In this document: in pieces, positions 55,314-64,000 of the stretch | Layout of the letters: each line of letters begins with the position of its first letter | Position numbering within the stretch: position 1 is the stretch's first letter | Assembly (NCBI RefSeq): GCF_009914755.1 | Contig: NC_060938.1 | Source: the human T2T-CHM13v2.0 reference genome, Homo sapiens | DNA length: 64,000 nt | Strand: one strand, 5' to 3' | Translations under genes and position numbers: made by a program | Notes under the pieces: generated by a model | What the model saw: the letters and a program-made list of their open reading frames with translations, nothing else | Told to the model about the DNA's origin: nothing | Database searches by the model: none

Positions 55314-56160
55314 GCTCTTGAAGTCTAAAGAGGCTAGATAGAGTGCAAACATACCCTTCTGGCATTTCCCCCAAAGGAAATACATCCAGAGGCAAAACCT
55401 TAACAGGAACCATAATTAGAAAGTTTATCAAATTGTCCCAAAGAGTCATCGATCTGAAAGAGAAGAGAAACAAATGCACCCTAAAGAAACAGACATAGAA
55501 GAGAGAAACCCTGTTTTAAAACAAAGAAAAGAAGAAATTGATTTTAAAGTAAAGGATGAGAAGCAAAGCCTTAAGAAGCTCCTGAGGTGACCAGTGGACA
55601 GAGACAGCTATGGTGCCTAGAGATTTTAGGGCCAAATTTGAGTGCATAGCCAGGAGATTTCAAATCTAGACTGGAACAACTTTCTGCTAGGATATTACAG
55701 AAGGTGCTCAAGCTTTGGATGAGTGGTTGGACTACATCAGGACTTAGGGGTTGGGACTGCTAAACTCTCAAATTACACATCGTATTTTGTGAGTATGTGT
55801 CGATGTACATTTTCTGGAGAGAGTTGACAGCTTTTTATCAGATTCTAAAAATGTACATAGCACTGTTTTAGAAAAACTCCAGAGCATCTTCAAATTCAAT
55901 CTGCACGTTTAATGTCAAATATTTGGAGATGATTCACTTTTTTACCTGACATTATATGATGACAGTTTAAAGATGATAACCAGTATTAATCCTTGCTTTT
56001 TCTGGGCCTGAGAGTAAAAGAATAAATTTTCCTTCTACTGAATAATTACACTTGAGGTGATACTGGGTTTTGTAGTCATCTTATGGAGCCCTGGGAATGC
56101 AAACATACCACAGTGTCTGAATAATATGCCCAGTCTAAGGAGGGAGATGCATACAGTATC

Positions 56161-56702
56161 TATAGTGTCTATTTGCCCTTCGCCTCTCCAACCTCCCTTC
56201 CCTCTTCTGGCAACTGCCTTAATGTTTGCTTAAGGATGTACCCCCTCCCATTCTCAATTAATATGATCTGGGCAGGGCCAATCGTCAGTTCTGGGGGTGA
56301 ACCTCTTTCAGTCAGAGTATTACCTTTCCTGGCCACAATGATCAGTGTAAGGCAGGCTGGTAACCTAATTCAGTCTGGGCCTGGTGGCTGTCAGGGCATT
56401 TTCTGGGAATACTGGGACAAAGACTCTAACTTTTTTTGTCCTGGATTTAAATCTCTGAGTTGCTGACAGGCACCTATTAACTATATGAAGTCCCAAAATA
56501 GAGCCAACATTGAAGAAGCAGATCCAATAAATGAGTATCAAGAACCCAGCTCCTGGTTGTGTAGTTTTAGCCATGAATTCAGGCACAGTTGAGGCTGTTT
56601 CACATATGACTCATATGTACCAATAAACTCTCTCTTTTAAACAGCATAAGCCAGTTTAGGTTGGGTTTTCAGTCACTTGCAACCAAAAGAGTCCTGACTA
56701 AA
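56161..56702 (+). mobile_element. Old MaLR LTR (MLT1J/K/L-like)
   Basis: CCAATAAACTC...AAGCCAGTTTAGGTTGGGTTTTCAGTCACTTGCAACCAAAAGAGTCCTGACTAA 3' end. Confidence 0.8.
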
Positions 56703-58318
56703 GTAGTAGTTGAAAATGCAGCACTATAGTTTGACAGTTACCTTTTAGAGTCCCCATAAAATAAACCTCTGTCAATTAATACGACTTCCCCTATGCACAC
56801 CTAAATGTGCACCTTTCTTCATAGAAAGGGTCCTTTTATCTGCTTTCCCCTCCCCTATATCTTTGTTTCCTCTTCGCTCTTTTAAAGTACTCCAAGATAA
56901 CATAAATTCGCTTGAGGACTCATATTTCCATTTAAAACATGCTCTGAAATGCAATCAGCCCTTGAAATCATTTCACAGAAACCTTAACAAGGCAAAGCAG
57001 CAAAAGGAATGTAAAATGTAATATGGCCATGGTTTTTGAACAGGGGGTATTAAGGCCTAATGAGGAAACAGAACTCCTTCCAGTTTCATTTATCCTAAGA
57101 AACTAAAATCAGTGTAAAAGGTAATGTCACTCTTTTCACAGAAATAAATTAATTTTTTCATGGAGCAAAAAAAAAAAAAAATGGGCTTTAGAGCCTGAGA
57201 CTTAATCTTCTGTTTGTAATTTGTGAAAATATAATTCAAATGGCAATTAGCAAGTGACTAGAAACCAAACCTTGATCCCAGAAGACTTGAAGGCAATTGA
57301 TAGCAGAGACAGCAATAAAACAGGCAAATTAACACTTTGCCTAATATGTTCAATGAGCTTGTGAGTACTTGGCAAACAACTATTTAGCACAGTCCTTTCT
57401 ATAATTATTTACACCACATACAACATTATGGTGGTAAGCCAGATACACATAGTTACACCTAATTTGAAATTAGACAATCAATCAATAAAAGTACTTGCCT
57501 AATAGGAAAAGTTTTATTGTGAAGTTTTTATTTCAATTGAAAAAGCAGCAAAAGAAGCTCAGAATTGATTACACAGAATTCTGCATATTATAAAATTTAA
57601 AATAAGAGTGATTACTCAATAAAGTAGCTGTAAACACCAAAAAATTTTTAGACAACCTTTTCAACATGTCATTAGCTCAAACAGTTCACAAGAAAGCAAA
57701 TCTAAGTAAACCTCTACATATCTAACAATTTGCCTCAGTTGGAATATTTTCCCAGACTGACTTATTTACTGTCTTTCTAGAAGTAAATGAAAACATATCA
57801 CTGGAACGGGTTCTCTGATTTTCTCAGGTTTATCTAGAGGCACTTATTCAGATGAAATAAGAGTTCATTCATCCCAGTAAATTAAACCCAAACTTACACG
57901 GTTTTCTAAATTTCTTTAGTTCTAGAAGTTTTCTTTTATGCTACATTTAATTACAGAACTTTTCAATCATAAAATTATCCCACCATCACTTTAAAAAGAC
58001 CAGTTCAGAGGAACACTGGTCAAACCCAATGGCTCAAAGCTTTAAAAAATTGACAGATTGTGATATTAGATTTTGCAATATCTTCTCTTTCCCCACTTCC
58101 TGTGAATTCTGATGCATTCAAGTTGATTTCAAACTAATTTAGTCTTAAGACATCTTTATGACCGCTGTTGGGATACTCGAACAGCCATACCTTCTGATAA
58201 GGAGAGCAACACATACACAGAGACTCTACTTCCATAGAAGTGCATTGAGCTATATTGTTCTTGGAGCCAAGTTCTACCTGATTGAAGGCTCAGGGCCCTT
58301 CGAGTCAGCTGAGTCTGA

Positions 58319-58382
58319 CATACGTAACAAACCTGCACATTGGGCACATGTACCCTAGAACTTAAAGTATAATTTAAAAAAA
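58319..58382 (+). mobile_element. L1PA extreme 3'-end fragment, about 64 bp
   Basis: CATACGTAACAAACCTGCACATTGGGCACATGTACCCTAGAACTTAAAGTATAAT plus an A-run. Confidence 0.9.
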
Positions 58383-61069
58383 TACAATGGCTGGAAGCAA
58401 TCATTTCAAGTCTTTAAAAGATACCCAATTGTGGTCAGACTAAGTACAAAGGCTTATGAAATATTAGACAAAAACACAAGCCATTCTTCATATAGCTTAC
58501 AAATTTATAGCCTATAAAAGAATATAAACTAACCACTTGAAAATTGATGTGGCAATGGAAATGGGATATTGGGGAAAGGCAATGCAAAAGCATTCCCAAA
58601 ACACTGTAAGCACTTAAAGTAAAAAATCCGCTAATATACAAAAATAATATTTTATAAACAAGTTTTCATACATAAAATAAAAGGAAAATACCAAAGGAAA
58701 GTAAATTTGGAGGCTAAAACACAGTTCCAATAAAATTATTTCATTTTTAACTACATACATTCCTTAAGTAGTTTTTTCCATGTAATGATACTGAAAACCA
58801 TCTTTTCTAGAAAATAGTAACAGCTAATTAAAGCTACCAAGTCACACATGTGGAGCATAAATTATTAATGAGCTTAAGAGGTGATAGTAAGATAACATAA
58901 AAGGCAGCTTAGAGCTGTAAAATACTATAGAAATAGGAGAATCAAGGGAGGGAAAACTAGCCCTCTTGAAGAAGAGAAATAGTCTCTATAATTGTGTCTC
59001 AAATATTCATAAAGCAAGAAAACTAGAGACTCCTGGTAAACCCAACAACAAGCCATAAAAGTTCCATTAATGAACGTTATTGATGCAGTTAACTACTAGA
59101 TAGAGTAATTGCTGTATCATCAACACAAGAGATACAGGTTTCACTTTAGATTGGTATTAAACATTTAAAATGTATGTTAAAAGGACTAATATTTTAAGCA
59201 TCTTAAAATGGTAACTAGCAGGTGAACCAAAATATCAAGGCCAGCTCTCAGTCACAAGTACTTAACCCCAAAATTCCCATCTGGAACCTCCTTTAGAACA
59301 CCAGTGCACCCCACAAAAAAAATCTACCGTTACTAGCACAGAAAGAGATATGCAAGAGCCAAGCATGCAGTAAAACAGGACAATTTGGAACCAACGGGCA
59401 AAAACAGCTGTCTTTCATCACTGCCCACCTTACAGAAAGTTCTCATTTGTATGGATTTGTCAGCAGTTCCCATTCATCAACTCAGCAGTGCAGAAGAAGC
59501 CACATTCATCACCCAGGTTCTGACATGTACCGTTTCCAAGTTTTCAACCATAATGTGCTTCTGTGGCTCTCTTAGTTGAAAAACTTTGAGAAAATTAAAA
59601 TCGTTAACTATATTTAGAAACTTCTAACAGGTCATTCATAAAGATAATAGCAGAAAAAAAGCAAAGTCTAATGCTATTGTATGCCCATGCTTCAATTCAG
59701 TCAGCCAGTCTTCTTGGAGAATCTTTTTTTCCAGATGTTGAGTTCAGTAAGTTGCTACCCACTATAGCCCTATTTTTACCCCACCCGTTCTGTGAGCGTT
59801 AAGATAAGGGATACAACTTTTTCCTTTGTGTGTGTGTTTGTGTTTAACTTCTCTAATTAATGAAGGTCTTCAGGTTCTACAATCTAAGAAAACTCAGGTA
59901 TCCTTGAAAACCAAAGCAATTATTTTCTGCCCATATAGAAAAATACTATTTAACTCAATTGTAAAACAGTAAAAACATTTAATTAGTGCTTCCTACGTGT
60001 CAGACACTGTATTAACAGGAGATACAATAATGACAACACAGAAAACTCTAATCACAGATAATTCCAAAAGTTTTCTTTGTCTGAAGTAGCAACCTAAACA
60101 CAAATGAATTTTCTTTTCCAGATCTATGAATGTTGGTGGGAGTTCTTATCTTCCCTTGACTCATCCAATTCCAGTACAGAGTTTCATAGTCTGTGGCATA
60201 ACTAAAAAACAAAAGAAGGAAAGCCAAGCAACAAGATTCCACAGATCACTACCCATCATCTCTCCCTGGAAACATCTTATCTTGAACTTTATCCACTGGA
60301 GATAATATTGTATTGGAGAAGGACCAGCCAGCCTGAGGCAAAACTCCCAAAATCATGGGGTTTATTTTCAGAGCTCTATACACTTCTCCTTTCAGCTTCT
60401 CTTTTTTGCCACAGTAGTGGTTGGCTTCATACCAGCATATAGCACAATATCTGGCCCAGAAGAAGTACTCGATAAATATTGATGGCATCAACTAATTGAT
60501 TAATTAATTGGTTGATTATATTCCTGGATTCCTTGGCCACCATCAGCCAAGTTCTATAACATCGTTGTAACGAGGTCCCTGTCCTTGAGAGTCTTATCAC
60601 AGCTAGTCATCTAAGAAAGTAATCTCAGATGCAATTAAAATGCTAACAGCAAGGAGTAGGTACTCAAACTTGAATATCCCAGTATAGGTAAATCATATCA
60701 ACAACTATTTATCTGAGAGCTTCTATAAGTACAATGAATCCCCAGGATTAAAATTTCAGACATTATCAAAAGCTGAGGCCAGGAAAATGTCTCAGATCAT
60801 ATAACATCTGCCCCTAATCAATGTGGCCATGCTCAGAGCCAAGGCCTATAACCTCTGCTGGAGAAAGGGAGAGGAGGGAATGGAATGCATCCCAGTGAGC
60901 CAATCTTTAGTTTTATTTATTTTCTATGTTCCTCATTACTACAAAATGAATCTGAGATAGATTGTGCCAAAATCATTTAAAAATATATCATGAGACCAAC
61001 CCAAGAACAGTGAAAATACGGTAGTTCTCTTATTATTAGCACATATGCTATTTACATAGAGTGTACATA

Positions 61070-61235
61070 GAGGCACACTACTATACTGGTTAGCAGCATA
61101 GACTCTGGAAGTCTTACTAGTTGTGGCCTTGGACAAGTTGTTTAGCCAGTGTGACTCAGTTTTCTCACCTTGTAGACAATAAAACACCATCCTCATAGAG
61201 TTGTGATGAGAAAGAACTATGCCTGGCACAAAAAG
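61070..61235 (+). mobile_element. MIR
   Basis: CTTACTAGTTGTGGCCTTGGACAAGTT...CTCAGTTTTCTCACC...CCTCATAGAGTTGTGATGAG. Confidence 0.8.
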
Positions 61236-61594
61236 AACACTTTATAAGAAACAACTTCTATAATTTGTAGAAGTTGGTTGATATAAGTTCAAATATTCGT
61301 CAACAAACAGGAATTTTACAAGGAAATGGCCTTCTCAGCACCCCTAAAATATACTGCAAAGTAAATCAATCTCTCTACCCAAGGATGATACTTAAAATGC
61401 TGTCCTACCAACTGGTAAACAGCCTCTGCCTCACATATTTGTCTAGCACCTCCCTTCAATCCTCTCTCCAAGAGCTCTCCGGGTATCCCCACAGTCCAGC
61501 ATCAAAGGACTGATTGCTAACACTGGCCCAGCCAGAAGCCTCCAAGATCTTACTCCAGGGCTACAGCCAGTGTGCCAGACCAGCATCTACCATT

Positions 61595-62050
61595 TGTTAT
61601 GGGTAGAATTGGATCTCCCAAAAACAATAAGTCAAAGCCCTAACCCCCAGTACCTCAGAATATAAACTTATTTGGAAACAGGGTTTCTACAGAGAAAATT
61701 TTGTTAAAATGAGGTCATTCATGTGAGCCCTAACCTAACATGACTCGTATCCTTATAAAAAAGGAGAATTCGGACGCAGAGACAGGTCAGCACACAGGTA
61801 GAACACCATGAGAAGATGAAGACAGATATCAGGATGATACATCTACAAGCCAAGAAATGCCAAAGATTGCCAGCAAACCACAAGAAACTAGGCAAGAGGC
61901 CTGGAACAGAGTCTCTCTCACAGCTTCAGCAGGAACCTACCCTACTGACACCTTGATCTTGGGCATCAAGCATCCATCACTGGGAGACAATAAATTTCAG
62001 TTCTTTAAAACATCTGTTCAATGGTACTTTGTTATCAACAAACCAATACA
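61595..62050 (+). mobile_element. MLT1C-like MaLR LTR
   Basis: TGTTATGGG...CCTAACCCCCAGTACCTCAGAAT...GCCAAAGATTGCCAGCAAACCAC...AATACA. Confidence 0.88.
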
Positions 62051-62055
62051 ATACC

Positions 62056-62352
62056 TTTTTTTTTTTTTTGAGACAGAGTTTTGCTCTTGTCACTCAGACT
62101 GGAGTGAAATGGCACAATCTCATCTCACTGCAACCTCCGCCTCCCAGGTTCATGTGATTCTTCTGCCTCAGCCTCCCAAGTAGCTGGGATTACAAGCATG
62201 CACCACTACACCCAGCTAATTTTTGTATTTTTAGTAGAGACAGGGTTTCATCTCATTGGCCAGGCTGGTCTTAAACTCCTGACCTCAAGTGATCCACCTG
62301 CCTCAGCCTCCCAAAATGCTGGGATTATAGGCGTGAGCCACCATGCCCGGCC
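62056..62352 (-). mobile_element. AluS (Sq/Sp-like)
   Basis: Full dimer with the GCTCTTGT diagnostic. Degenerate TSD CCAATACAATACCT and CCAGTACAACACTT (11/14). Confidence 0.93.
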
Positions 62353-63079
62353 CCAGTACAACACTTCTGAACTGCACTTCTCCATGAGGTGGTGTCTACC
62401 TCCCTGGCTTTCCATAAAACATAAGCATAATTTACTCAAATCTTGGAAAGATAAAAGCAAGATTGTTCTTTAGCCCAGTGAGTACATTCTCACAACCCAA
62501 TCAGAGAGTCCACAGCCTTAAGGAACTAGGGGGTTTTGATAACCAATGGACTCTCAAATCCTGGAACAGGTTAAATTTTCATGTTTCTGAATAGAAGCCA
62601 GGTTTCACTATCAAAGATTACTTGCAGCCCTACCTGCTCTTTAACCCTGGACAACAGCCTATATGATACCTGAAAGACATGAGCAAGTCTCCTGGGAAAC
62701 CCAGAAAACTGAATAAGGTTAAAGTACACATTCCTGTGAAATTGTTTTACCAAGCATGCTTGCAAGAAAATAAAAACAATGGCTGCTTCTGAAACTCCCA
62801 AGCATATATCTGACTTGGAGTTATATTGTACCTGCTAGCCACTCCCAGGCACAAACACCTGTTTGTACAAGATTTTAGTAACATTCTCATTCTTCATCTT
62901 AAAACCTCACTATGTAAATTAAGAATACTTACAGTAGAGACTCAGGCTATCACGAATTGATCTGATATACCTGTACTTAGGTTTTCTCCCTTTTTATAGG
63001 CAAACAAAAGAGAAAAAGAGAGCCATAGTCAATCAGGAGAGGGACTGAAACTAGACTCTAACTAGATTTTCTGTCAAAC

Positions 63080-63596
63080 CATTCAAACCATTCAATCATT
63101 ATTAAATACCAGTTATGTGCTAAGGATACAGAATCTGAGAGTGGTAAGGAGGGGTGAGGAGTGGGGATAAGAATTAAGGTAGAGAGAGTTAGTATGGCAA
63201 GAATACTTGTAGTGGCAGTAGAAGAGAGTAAAAGACCCACAAAGGAGATGCCCCTTGAGCTGGACCTTTGAAAATAAGTCACTGTTCATTAAGTCAACAT
63301 AGAAGCCAGGAAGGCAGAGAAAGGAAAGTCATTCCCATCAGAACAGTAGAGAAAAAAACCACAAAGCATAGAGTGGGGTGTCCAGGGTCGGAAATATCTG
63401 GAGGAGGGCAGGCTGCATCTTGGATATTAGATGTTTGGGGCTTTATTTGACAGGCGGTGGAGAGCTACTGAAGGGTTTGTATGGGATTTGATCAGTTGTG
63501 TGTTTCAGAAAACTTACCTAGTTGACAATGTTCAAAATAAACTAGCACTGGGGATAGGCTGGATGCTGAGAGACTTATTAAAAGGTTATTTCAAGA
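63080..63596 (-). mobile_element. LINE-2 fragments
   Basis: CATTCAATCATTATTAAATACCAGTTATGTGCTAAGGATACAG...TTGAGCTGGACCTTTGAA...GAGCTACTGAAGGGTTT. Confidence 0.65.
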
Positions 63597-64000
63597 TGTA
63601 AGGTAAATGCACCTGACAGCAATAACTTAAGCGTACTCAGAATAATCCTATATGGCAGATGCCCCTGAATGTGTGTTCCAAGCTAGGGAATCCAGAAGTG
63701 GCCTACCTGGAGATCCGTTCCCTGTCTATGAGGAACATCTGAGCCCCTGTCCTGTCTCATGGAGCACAGGCTGTGCAGGGGATTGAGGCCTTAAGTTTTG
63801 AGTTAAATGAAGGTTGCCAGGTGGAGGTCATTAAGGAGAGGGTGTTAAGTGAAAATGCTGTCTAAACTGCATGCTGTTTGCAAGTGGTTGTGGTTTTCCT
63901 GCCCAGCCCACTGCACCTGGACTCTCTTTCTTGTATGTAAGCCCCTAATAAAACCCCATGTCTCATTTGATGGTTCTGGGTCTCTGTTCTTCGGCCTTTT
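63597..64000 (+). mobile_element. ERV LTR (family uncertain, LTR47/MER54-like), running past the window end
   Basis: TG start TGTAAGGTAAATGCACCTGACAGCAATAAC, an AATAAA near 63947, and an R/U5-like tail. Confidence 0.7.

Noticed and set aside
59410-59522. Possible plus-strand exon with acceptor ...CCCACCTTACAG and an open frame
   Set aside because: The donor (GTTCTG) is weak and the peptide is unrecognised; it cannot be supported without transcript data.

Overview
This is primate (probably human) non-coding genomic DNA, intronic or intergenic. I recognise no host protein-coding exon, RNA gene or CRISPR array. The long ORFs in the track (over about 160 aa) are decayed LINE-1 ORF1/ORF2 pieces, and most of the short ones are chance or antisense frames. 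Main contents: (1) a full-length minus-strand L1PA3/4-like element (4038-10228) with a TSD, the older long 5'UTR and broken ORF0/ORF1/ORF2; (2) a 5'-inverted L1PB1-like element that carries a HERV-K(HML-5) LTR22 solo LTR; (3) a nested L1 block of about 19 kb (29.7-49 kb) containing a 5'-inverted L1MA, an L1MA hosting an L1PA7/8, and an antisense L1M hosting MST, L1MA and MER47 pieces; (4) Alus, MIR/L2/L3 relics and MaLR/ERVL LTRs; (5) repeat-poor stretches with dense transcription-factor motif clusters at about 20.3, 49.7 and 53.6-53.9 kb. The most unusual signal is a recurring set of templated-insertion scars: a perfect 34-bp inverted copy of DNA 1 kb away, two older-repeat segments sitting inside younger elements, and several fold-back micro-insertions. 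I found no convincing new biological system. Subfamily names come from remembered consensus sequences and need Dfam/RepeatMasker confirmation. Boundaries of old repeats are approximate.
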